Source: Phoronis australis
Lineage: Eukaryota > Animalia > Phoronida
Direction of reading: 5' to 3'
DNA: 64,000 nucleotides
Assembly: GCA_002633005.1 (NCBI GenBank)
Contig: NMRA01000455.1
Location: 301,848 to 365,847, forward strand
Position numbers and translations under genes: made by a program
Shown: positions 27,163-37,977 of the stretch, piece after piece
How positions within the stretch are numbered: the first letter of the stretch is position 1
Layout: each line of letters starts with the position of its first letter
Notes under the pieces: generated by a model
What the model saw: only the letters and a program-made list of their open reading frames with translations
Told to the model about the DNA's origin: nothing
Database searches by the model: none

Positions 27163-29419
27163 ATTAAAATCATTTAGGTATTCCACAGTTCAAATCAAAA
27201 TCAAGTGCTTTCAGTCGGAACTCTATATTTGGTTTCAGTTCATTCACAGAGTCTCCATAAGCATTAATTTGTATTTATCGTAATCTATTTTGCCCGGGGT
27301 ACGCCACGAGCTATGTTGCAGAGTAAAACAAGAGGAGGATTGCGAATATTGTCATTTATTATGACGTAAATAGATATGTAAGGGGTCAAGGGTCGAAAGG
27401 AAACAAAAGATGAAGAGAACGAACGTAGGTCTCGTAGACGACGAGGTAGGTGGCTGAATGAGAGACCACGTTGTTGAACTGAACAAAGGAAATATGGGCG
27501 ACCAATCAGGAGTCGCGTATAGAAACGTATGAATACAAAAGTAGGCCCTTGAGGCTATAAATAGAGATGAGTAATGCAAAATAAACCCTAAGGACTAGTA
27601 TCAAAAGAAAGAGACAGGGTTCAAAATAATGACGATAAATGCATTTAACAAGTTAAATTTAATTAATTGCATTTTGTGTTAACGTAAATAAAATGTATTA
27701 CTACTTAAAGACTTTCAAGGAAGTTGACATTGATATCTATTGTAGGTCAGTCAAAACTGAAATAATCTCAGTATAGGAACGCCATGTAAGCCAAAATGAT
27801 TCAACCTTTTACCATAATAAGTAACTTAGAATGCACAGTACTTTATAACATTTAAGCATCACAAACACATGTTTTCATGAAATGAAAGTGGACATGCATG
27901 TAACTATTACCATGGTGACCGAATAGTGACTCCTTACACCAGAATTTGACAGGTATGATTTAAAAAATATGAAGTTGCAAGGAACAAGAATTGGAGGCTT
28001 GAAGCTTCACAATCCAACATAGCCTATTTCTCTAATTAAGATGCTTTATATTTTTGACTTGATAACCTGAATTAATAAAGCAAAAAGTTACAAAACATGA
28101 ATTCAAAGCAATTTAGACTGGCAATTTAGAAAAATATGAATAATTTTGTGACACTTAATCAAGCCTTGAACAGCAGTTGACAGTCAAACAAAAAACCATT
28201 TCAAAATTATTTCAACTATTTTTTAGCTTAGAGTAAGATCACGTGAATGAGAAATTCACAGTAAAATAATTCGAATATACCTTCCATTTTTTGCACAAAA
28301 AACACGAAAATTGAACAAATTTGCTTTTTTGTACCAACGGTTGTCAAAATGTATCATAGTTAAATCTTAAAAATTACAAAGTAGCCGGTTGAACATGCCT
28401 TTTAATTCAGCAAAAGTCGCCATATTGTCGGTGCCGCCAGAAATGAGACTAACGGGAATTGTCAGCCCATTTATCATTTAATAAGTAACAACTGCGAGGC
28501 TGAAATTGGCGAAAACTGTTGAATCGTGCAGAATAATAAGTAAAGATGTGTCTCACTCAATTTCACCGTAAATCGTCGGCGAAAACAATTTACACAGAGT
28601 TTTAAACTCGTAACATATCCTCCTGTCGTCCACGATGGCCGACCCTATCCAAACAAAGGGACCCAAATTTCGCCACTAAAATTGCAATAAGTTTGCACTG
28701 CTTGCCCCGATTTTGATTTTATTTCAGTATTTACTGAGTAGAATGCATTATCTTTCCGATGATAACAAAGTACTTTTTCAAAGCGAAAAAAAATTCAAAA
28801 CGAAAAAAAATAGGTTTGACCGCCCTACATAACAGGAACTAACCAATGCTATTTTAACATAATAAAAAAAGTACGCCTAAAATTCCCAAAAATTAATTAC
28901 CACTAACTACAAACTATGAATACACTATATATGCAAACAAATTGCGTGATATTATTAATAAAACAAAATATTGAAGACGGAAATAACAGATTACAGCCGG
29001 TAATTATCTGCTCACAGAGAAGGGTCAAAAACAGGTAAAAAACCGCTTTTGGCATGAAAGGCGAAAAGAATATAACGAAAGGGTATTGAAAATAAGACTT
29101 TAAAGGTTTTACTAGCATTCAACTTATATGTACACGGATTTACAAATCAGCGAAATCGGTGATCCAAATCCCGACGAAATGTGCGCACTCTGCTGAGATA
29201 GTAACCGCCCTATTAGGGCCACGGAAAACGACTAATTTGGTTAATCTGCACACTAGACTATAACTAAAGTTCCTCGTAAGGACAGGAGTTCATGAATCAC
29301 TATTTTTTAAAATAATTTAGAGGACAGTTTTAATCAAAAAAATTACCAGGTAATGTTCGTCAAAAAGGAGTAAAGATCAATGGATATGTGAAGAATAGAA
29401 TTAAGCAGTAGGCCTATCA

Positions 29420-29605
29420 GAAGTTCTTAAAAAACATCCATCGTCAAAATGTCTTGAACACATGTACAAAGTCTTATTTTCATTAACGTTTACACAAGAC
29501 ATAAGGTTTTCCCCATATCCGATTATGGGGTCCCGTACGCTATGGAAGCTAACGCCTTTGCATTTTCCTGTGTGGCCAAACACCCGGCCATACAGTAACC
29601 GATCA
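29420..29605 (-). pseudogene. Degenerate THAP-domain fragment (transposon-derived)
   Basis: Frameshifted GYCMAGC... / KGVSFHSVRDP...NKTLYMCSRHFDDGCF matches the THAP C2CH layout. Confidence 0.55.
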
Positions 29606-31054
29606 AGATTAGCAGACAACGTACAGTACTTGCCGGAAATAACACAAGATAATTTGGCCAGGTGACACTATTGAATAATGACGTAACATCTTGTGCGAAA
29701 CAGCACATAATTATTTTATCCATTGAAAGTATGCGGAGTTGGCGGACCGTGCACTACAGCCTATGATGATACTGGACGTATACACGGGAGATCAATCCGA
29801 GCGCATGTGAAGAAACGAACTAGAACAAAAATACATGTTTGGTCACTTATGAATACAGTGCGTTGTTCCGTTTTACTGCGGCAAGTTCTATCTTAAAGTA
29901 GTATAAATTTGTGTAATAATAAATGAATGCAATGGTCTCCGGTAGAGTACTTAGTATGCTAATGCGAACCAACCGTCATAAAACTATGGATCATCAGATA
30001 TTGTTACGAAGAACAACATAGGCATGCCTGTGTTAGCTCAGATGACTGTGCCAAGTAGGGATTCAACTAAGTTCACTAAATCTGTTTGATTATTGGTGTC
30101 TTTCTTTTATCAAAGATGTAATTTGTTTCTATTATTTCATATTTTTATGAGCTCCTCTTTGACTAACGACATTTTTTAAAGACAAAACAAAAAATAAAAA
30201 CTGAGCCCTGAGTTCCGGGAAAATAAATGAAGACTTTGTCCTTAAATTAGAGGCGTTGAATGGAAAAATCCGTATTTATTTTCCATAACTGAGTATTCAA
30301 TGTATAGTTTACTCTCGATTTGTGTACATTGTGAAAGCCGAAAATTAGTAATGAAACTAAAACAACATAAGGTCGGACAATCACTGTTTTCAAAAATGCA
30401 CAAATACTTTAGGAAACTAGTTGGGTCTATATTAGGGACTGTTTCATGCAAACGTGCGCTGGGGTCCCTGGACTTAAAGGTGAAAGCAACCGTTTCTAAT
30501 ATCATCTCTAGTGCAAATGTAAATCCCTGGTCATCATGTAGAGACAATTTACTTGTTCCCTTAGTGAAAAATAGGAGTGAAGTAAACGACTGATGATTCT
30601 GCATTCACTTCCGTTGAGCCAACAGGAATGACCTGCACGGACAGTTTCACCTACAGAAACGGATGAAGAAGCAACATGCAGAACTTTTGCTGGGCCGTTG
30701 GCGCCCCTTTCGTTTCTTACACGCCAGAGTACAGAAAAAAGCATGGGAACGCACTTCCAAGATAACCAGGGTTTTGTTTTTTCTTTGAACAAAAATCAAA
30801 AACGGTTATTTTCCCATTTATTCCGGCATTTATTTATTTATTTATTTATTATTGTGATATTTAAAATGAGGGTGGCCTCTTCAGTGATAGCACTGCTTTC
30901 CAAGAGGGCCCTTGCCCTGATCATTCCTTTTTAGGACTACTTGACTGCCTTGATTATTTTGAGAGTTGTGGTCCTGCCCCCAGCCCCGTTGTGACTTTCC
31001 AAATTTAGTAGTTTTTCTCGTGATAAAATAATACCAAAAACGTTTATTTGTCAG

Positions 31055-31260
31055 GTGTATGTGCTGCTAATTGTAGTTTGGAAAATTTTTCAGCTTACGA
31101 CGGCTATTTTGGTCCAAACGACCCCAGGAACCCGTACAGAGATCTGCAGGTCCACGTCGTACCGATTTTCGAAATGAAGTTGGCTCTCACATGGTTTCTT
31201 ATTGTTGTTTTGTTTGGATTAATCATATATATCGTATACTTGATGTATGAACTTAGATAA
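31055..31260 (+). CDS. Probable terminal exon of the Ig gene: stalk, transmembrane helix and minimal tail
   Basis: tttatttgtcag|GT GTA..., phase 1 matching the 25940 donor: VCAANCSLENFSAYDGYFGPNDPRNPYRDLQVHVVPIFEMKLALTWFLIVVLFGLIIYIVYLMYELR*. Confidence 0.6.
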
Positions 31261-31516
31261 CATTTGTCTGAAGCACTTCGTTGTATCAAAAGTAAGATTT
31301 AACTTCATTTCAACGCCGTAGTCTTTTGTGTTTGAATTTGCACGATGGAAACTTCGTGATATTATGTGCGGCTTAATGTCAAATACGTGTTTGGTTTGGT
31401 GACCAGGTAAAAATCTCAACTCGCCATGTATTTGCCACGCACACATCCCGTTCCGCGCACGCGCTCAAAAGGCTGCAGAAATTGAGCAGGCAGTGTGCGA
31501 ATGGGACCGTCCCATA

Positions 31517-31953
31517 CCGTGGTCTTCCGTAGATAAGTCCACCCGATGAAACGCCCATGGGCGTTTATTCGGAAAATTTTGCCAAGTACACGCCCATGGC
31601 CGTTTATTTTGGTGTAAAAACTTTTGGTGTCAAGTGTCCAGACAGTGGGACGTTTATTTGGAAATTTTCCCCATTAAAGCCCACACAGCGTCAACTTTTT
31701 GTGCAAAATTTAGTTTTGTGGAGCCCTTATAATGTATCAAAACAAACAAGGCGTTGGTGAACTATGCATTTCTTAACACAAAAATTAAAAACGCAGTTTT
31801 AAGTAAAATTGTGTCAAGTCAAGCAAAACTATGGCTTTCCGTTTACACGTCCCCTTTTCCGAATAAGCGCCAGGGCGTTTATTAGGTGTTGCTAAAACGC
31901 CTGAAAATTTTCATAAATGCCTATGAGCTTACATGTATCTACAAAAGAACCGG
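31517..31953. mobile_element. TA-flanked MITE, copy 2
   Basis: TA|CCGTGGTCTTCCGTAGATAAG ... ATCTACAAAAGAACCGG|TA. Colinear with 10249-10687. Confidence 0.75.
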
Positions 31954-32479
31954 TAGGACACAGCGCATTCAAACCTCGCTGTATTTATCCACGATGCTGC
32001 AATATGCATTTTTTTGCTACCTTTGGACTCATACAATATTCTTTGTCGTTGTCGCATTTGCACGTTTTTCTAGGCAGCTTTACTCTATCCGTACTTCCAA
32101 TGTTAACGAGGTGTTACTGCTCTGCTGAGGGCTGTAACTCGGGAGAAGGTTGGATAAACTTGACAAATGTCCGGGGATGAGTGACACTGAATTGCTTAAA
32201 ACTACCATTTACCTCGTTCCGACAAGCGACTTCATTGTCACCATCATTAAACCTTCCTTGTAGCATTGCATATCACAACCGCGAGTGTACATGTAGTATC
32301 CCGAAAACGAAAAAACAGAAGAAAAACGAACGTTTCTTAGGACTACGGACACGGTTTTGACGTACAGGGGCGTACACCGGGCCAGTGTGTCACGTTAATA
32401 CTTGAGTTATCTGTTGTCTCAAGTCTACGTAGTGTGTATCGACCAATAAACGCTCATAACTTGATATCGACTAATTGAC

Positions 32480-32670
32480 ATGTCGTCATATAGTGTTAAT
32501 GAGTGTTCTAATTTGACAACTGATCCTCTGGTGGGGTGTTTTTGATAAGAAATGGGTGATTTCAAGAACTTTAAGTTTTTCGCCTTCCTGACATCAGCCA
32601 AAGACAAGGACATGCTGAACGAGTGGATAAAGCAAATTCGTCGGATCGATTTTGAATCGAACAGATTCCC
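32480..32670 (+). pseudogene. Degenerate THAP-domain fragment
   Basis: MSSYSVNECSN...(stops)...FKFFAFLTSAKDKDMLNEWIKQIRRIDF resembles the THAP 'MxxCsVxgCsN...FfxFP...W...I.R' pattern. Confidence 0.45.
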
Positions 32671-34769
32671 CTTTCTTGATGACACCTTTTATTTCGGATA
32701 CTTTTAAACTGATAAAATTGGGAATTATTCCTAGGACATGCGCACCTCGATGATTTCCGATATGACCTGTGAAATCGTGACCGACATTCTAAAACACGGC
32801 CGATGAAAACACGATTTCTTACCTGCGTGACTAAAGAGAGTTCTATTAATGCGTTATCTGGGACACCCCTGCTGTTCATCATAAAAACCGGAACGGCTTG
32901 TTGAATGACTAATACAAGTTGTCTTGCTCGGCTGCTTTTCCCCTTCTCAACGCGAAGCGAGTTTGCGTAAAACATTGGGCAGAAGATGAAATCAGGCTTT
33001 ACCGAGCTCACCACGCAAACCCGCTCCACTAAAAGCATGCGTCCTTTCAGTTCTCAGGCGGATATCTGTCCATTTCGTCAGTTCTTCAACCCAATTTTGC
33101 CATTTTCGGTTGCTGCCAACTACAATCTGCGCGTTTCTCACGGAATTTTGTCTAGCTGGCAGTGCTTTGCTTGCGCTCTGTTAAAAACTATTCAAACGAA
33201 ATGAAAAGTTCCAAGTCGTTTCATCTCAAAAGCGCTAGACACGACCACAGAGATTATATTCTGTCTCAAATTTTGCACGTTTCACGACCAATGGAAAGAA
33301 AAGCGAGGTTCCGAAAATGTGTCAGAAAGCAGAATTAATAGTTTTCATCCCCAAAAATATCAATTTCCTGCTTTGCATACGAGCCAAGACTGGATTTTAC
33401 AAATGTGATCCCACGTTACAATCACTCAATAGATTTTTTGCAATTCTGGGATATTTGAGGGCTTCCTGAAACTGCATCACGATTCTCAGTCGCTGAGCAA
33501 CAATGAGACAATGCTACAATTGCCGTCATTTTGAAGAAACGTGTATCTGCAGCCAAACTCGTGGATTTTTTGTATTCAAAAATACAAGAAAACCAGATTC
33601 ATAGAACGTACCTCTAATACATACATGCACCTCAAAACTGCTGCCAAACCTGGCCTACCCAAGACATTAATTTACAGGCACTGTAAATTAACCGGGGTTA
33701 CAGTCTAGATGTACAGTGCCACCTAGACCCTGGCCGGTGAAGTCAATCGTTAAGGCCACAGGCAGCGCCATCTTTAATCATTCCGTTCATTTTGGGAGTG
33801 AGGCTAGAACCAAGTTAAAGACACAGGTCCGTTAGGTTTCTTTTACTTGACGTTTTAACTTTTTTCAGTGAACTGGGTTAAAATATGAATTTATTTCATT
33901 TTCAAGACGAGATGTTTTCAAGCGGTTTGAAATGCATGGCTCTTCAAGTTACTGTTCTTGTCACGTGATGTAATAGAGTTCTTCTAATCGTCGTCGCCTT
34001 CCTAAATTTTGTTTAATCGGAATTTTTTTGCACAAAATTAACCCGAAATCCTCTGAAAATCACAACTGAAACTAACTTGCCGTGACAAGCAAATAAACGA
34101 CACTGGTGTGGAGAAATAACGACATGTCATTTCGTCTGAAGGCAGTAAGTCCTTTCTAATCTGAGAAAGGAACAAAAAGATAACGGCTTTTGAAAACACA
34201 ATTGGTCTAAATCAAAATTTGAATTTTGACGGAAGGTTTGGGTTTATTATCCTAAAGAAGCAATAAAAGCGCACTTCTGTTAAAAATTGCAGCCATGCCG
34301 CAGTACAAAGACGCAATTGGTCACGCATTGTACCAGGCATTGGTAAAAATGGCCTTGAGTCTGAGCAAAGGTTCGGGGCCCAGGTACATGTATTAAGACA
34401 AACTCAAACTGCCTTCAACTGATAATTTACATGTACAAGTACAGAATAGGTATTCACATTTTTAAAATATTTTTACTACATTTACACACTATTTACATGT
34501 AAGTCTGACGTGTAGAAAACAATGCATGGTGTGAAGACAATTGACCTCCTTTTACAGCGCACTCAGTTGACAAGACCTAGACCTCGTTATGGATACCTCC
34601 ATAATTGGTAAATTTGACACATTGTTTTGCTGCTTTCACTGATGGAATGTATTTCAACCATCCACGGTTTAGAACTCGAATGTTTCATGTGCTTAGAAAT
34701 TAGAAAAATGTCCTTTTGGTGTTAATGGTAATGACGATGACAGTAATAATGACAACAATCATGTGATGA

Positions 34770-34912
34770 TACTACTACTGCTGCTGCTGTTGCTGCTACT
34801 GCTACTGCTACTACTACACTGTACTACTACTACTGCCACTGCCGCTGCCGCTGCCGCTGCCGCTGCCGCTGCCGCTGCCGCTGCCTCTGCCGCTGCCACT
34901 GCCACTACTAAT
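34770..34912. repeat. Compound microsatellite (CTA)n/(CTG)n/(GCCGCT)n
   Basis: Directly visible. Confidence 0.95.
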
Positions 34913-34914
34913 AA

Positions 34915-35290
34915 TTGACTTAATTATCTCCTTATCTCGAGTTCCCGACTTCATTGTCTCTGGATCTTGAGATTCCGACTTAGCATCTCGGGATTTCGAG
35001 ATCCCGATATTTTAGTCAAGATCACGGGATCCTGAGATTCGGGATCTCAAAACACTGATATCTCGAGATAATTAAGCCCGGATCTCGAAATAATTAAATT
35101 GCGATCACAAGATTATGAAATAATTAACTAGGGATCTCAAGATCTTACGATAATTATATCCGGATCTCGAGATCCTGAGATAATTAATTCCGGATCTCAA
35201 GTTCCTGATATCCCGAGAAAATTACGCCGGGATCTCGAGTTGCTGAGGTAATTAAAAAAGAAACGCGCGATCTCATCTGTGGGCCACGTT
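34915..35290. repeat. Degenerate array of GATCTCGAGAT/TAATTAA palindromic units (probable MITE remnant)
   Basis: Many copies of gatctcgaga(t) and ataattaa variants at roughly 20-32 bp spacing, in both orientations. Confidence 0.75.
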
Positions 35291-35546
35291 AGGTGACCTT
35301 AAGGCAGTTGAATTAAGAATTCATTTACCAAAATTACACTAACATGTTTACATTACCTCGATATCGAATAGGTATTACAAAAATAGCTATTATTTCCAAG
35401 TAGTTCCATTGAAAAATTCGTCCGTGAGATCCGGAAGCGAACAGGATTACAGTGATGTAAACTAATAGACGAATCCTAAGCGACTCTGCGTTTGTTTTGT
35501 CGACCCTTCATTGGTGAATAGAAGATCGTGGAACCCTGGAGGTCCA

Positions 35547-36308
35547 GGAGCCCGTTTCATAAAACCTTTTCTGACTTAACAAAGATCGAAATCGGGTTAA
35601 CACTAAGACCGAAATGTAAAGGACCCGTTTCATGGAATTCCTTAAGATTAAAATTAAGACCGAAATCGATCAAGGCTAACACCGAATGTGATCCTGCTAG
35701 AGAGTAGGTTTATGATTGGACTTCCAGTAAACCCCCCACAAAATTTAGCACTTTTATCAATGTAGACCGTTGAGCAACAAATTTCTTTGACATTTTTCGC
35801 TATCTAATAGCCCTAAAAATTGAAGATTGTCTGCTTTCGCTCCTAGAACCGGCTGTTGCCGTAGAAACAACGCACTGCGACTTACATGCACCGCCGCGTG
35901 TCATTGTGTATTGATATTTTAGAGCCATACCAAAGTCTTCTTCAGTAACCGTTATCCCATCTGTGTCCACAATGTAAATAATTCACCACTTAGAGTTCTA
36001 AGATCAATATTGTACATCCAAACGTATTTTATACCCGCCTTGCTCAGTTTTGTGTATTCACAACACGTGGCAAACGCGTAGCTTGCAATCTCACCTATGT
36101 CAAAAACCGACTTAATTTATGTCTACATGTATGTTAAAACCTAGGTTAAGGCCAAGGATCAAAAATTCAACTTCGTGAAACGTTCTTTTCTGAATTTTTG
36201 TCTTCGGTTTTTACTTAGATGAAATTTCGGTCTTAACGTATACAAAATTTGGTCTTTAGTCTTGAGACTTTTAATACTTAAAAGTCAGTTTTCATAAAAA
36301 GAGCACCT
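35547..36308. mobile_element. Probable PIF/Harbinger-type MITE remnant
   Basis: Ends (G)AGCCCGTTTCATAAAAC ... GTTTTCATAAAAAGAGCACC, with repeated TAAGACCGAAAT motifs in inverted orientation. Related fragments lie near 17640-17760, 56960-57000 and 57832-57880. Confidence 0.5.
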
Positions 36309-36920
36309 TACTAATCCTACAGAAAAAGCATCTATTATGAAATAGTTTAAATGCCAACGAAATCACAGATACTTACAATACAAAAATAGATTAAAACTAA
36401 CTAATCCGCATTCTAACACGTCGAACAAAACATGAAAAACCGAAAGTGTTTTTGTGTACATAAATACCATAAGCACATAAATAAAAAGGAGTTAGAAATA
36501 CAGTACTGTGCACCTTTCAGAATATTCACTATGGAAAACAGGACAGGAACTTCTTAGATAATAGAAAGAAACTATACATTGCACAATGATTCAAAAAGAG
36601 TTATGAAATCCCATAACCGAAGGAATGTTTTCTTTTGTCTGGCAAGGCAATAGGAAAGCGAGCACACCCCTCCTCCCCATGTTGCGATCGGTTTCATCTC
36701 CATCAACGTCAAGTCCGAGATTGCCAAGGCGTCACTCCCGTTTCGACTCCCACGTCTTCTCAAGGTTTTGCCGCAATTTAAGGTCATTACCTTCACGACA
36801 CATAGGCATTTCATGCTTTATACCCCCTTACGAGTGAGTGTGGCGCTTGCCCGCCTGCCACACGCTTCCTATACCTATCCATAATGAAGCTCGCGATTTG
36901 CCGTTGACATTGTAGCTTAA

Positions 36921-37810
36921 AGGCGAATGCAAACTATTTTCATGTCATTTTTAGCAAAAATAAGGTTCGTTGATTATCCCAGACATATTTTCCATTTAAT
37001 TACAACTTTTCGTAATTTGATTAAGTATTCATCTTCTACTCCGGATGTGACGTTTTAGGAGGCAACGACTTCGCGCCAATTTCTTTTCCCGTAGTCTGAC
37101 TATACATGTATGAGCGTTGACGAGTCAGTCATAGATCTACCTTGGTTGTCATAAGTCGTCGTTTGCTTTTGTTTACGAGTCAGTCAACATGCCACTCTGT
37201 TGCTGCCTACCGGGATGTAATCATTATGGCCCAAAGCCTGTACGCAACCCTGCTGCGATATTGAGTAGGAGTGAATACAGGCCCCGTTCGCCACCCAGTG
37301 AAGAGGACAGTTCGTCGTTCAATGAACAGATCGGTGAGCCAAACTTTGATAAGTTTACTGTGGACGTGTCTAAAGTATTGGAGCTATTTAGAAGGTGCCA
37401 GGTGTGTGGCGAGGGTGTCACGCGGCAGGGTGTAAGCAGTTTGCTTGCTCAAGTCACTATCAGTGGGAGTGTGTCGCGGACACTCGGGCAAGTGGGACAG
37501 TTGTTCCTCTGTCCGTGGGACGGTACGCAGCAACAGTGTGGCATGTTGACTGACTCGTAAACAAAAGCACACGATGACCGAACTTATCAAAACCACGAGA
37601 CAGAAAAATGACTGACTCGGCAGCTCTCACAGTCAGACTATACGAAAAGAAATATGCGGGAAATTCTTGCCTCCCGAAACGTCCCTTACGGAGTAGACAA
37701 CAAATTGTTAACCAAATTACGAAAAGCTGTAATTAAGGGGAAAATATGTCCGGGATAACCAACAAACCTTATTTTTGCTAAAAAAGGTTTGAAAAAGGCT
37801 GCCCTCGCCT
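36921..37810. mobile_element. Kolobok-type non-autonomous element (TTAA TSD) with a THAP start and transposase fragment
   Basis: TTAA|AGGCGAATG ... CCTCGCCT|TTAA. Encodes MPLCCCLPGCNHY fused to FTVDVSKVLELFRRCQVCG...WECVA/GHSGKWDS. Homologous to 54378-55757. Confidence 0.88.
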
Positions 37811-37977
37811 TTAAACACACCAACTCGGTCACAGTGAAAGCGCTCCAGTCGCTTTCTTGCGAGATTGTGATTGTATAAATAACGAATAATATTTGGATAG
37901 CCAAAACTTCAAAGTTTGTCTTTTGACTTTACAAGATTTATAGACGGCTCAGAATGTGAGTTTGTCCTGATCACGTT

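Noticed and set aside
34915-35290. CRISPR-like array of palindromic repeats
   Set aside because: Eukaryotic context, degenerate units, no unique constant-length spacers and no cas genes.
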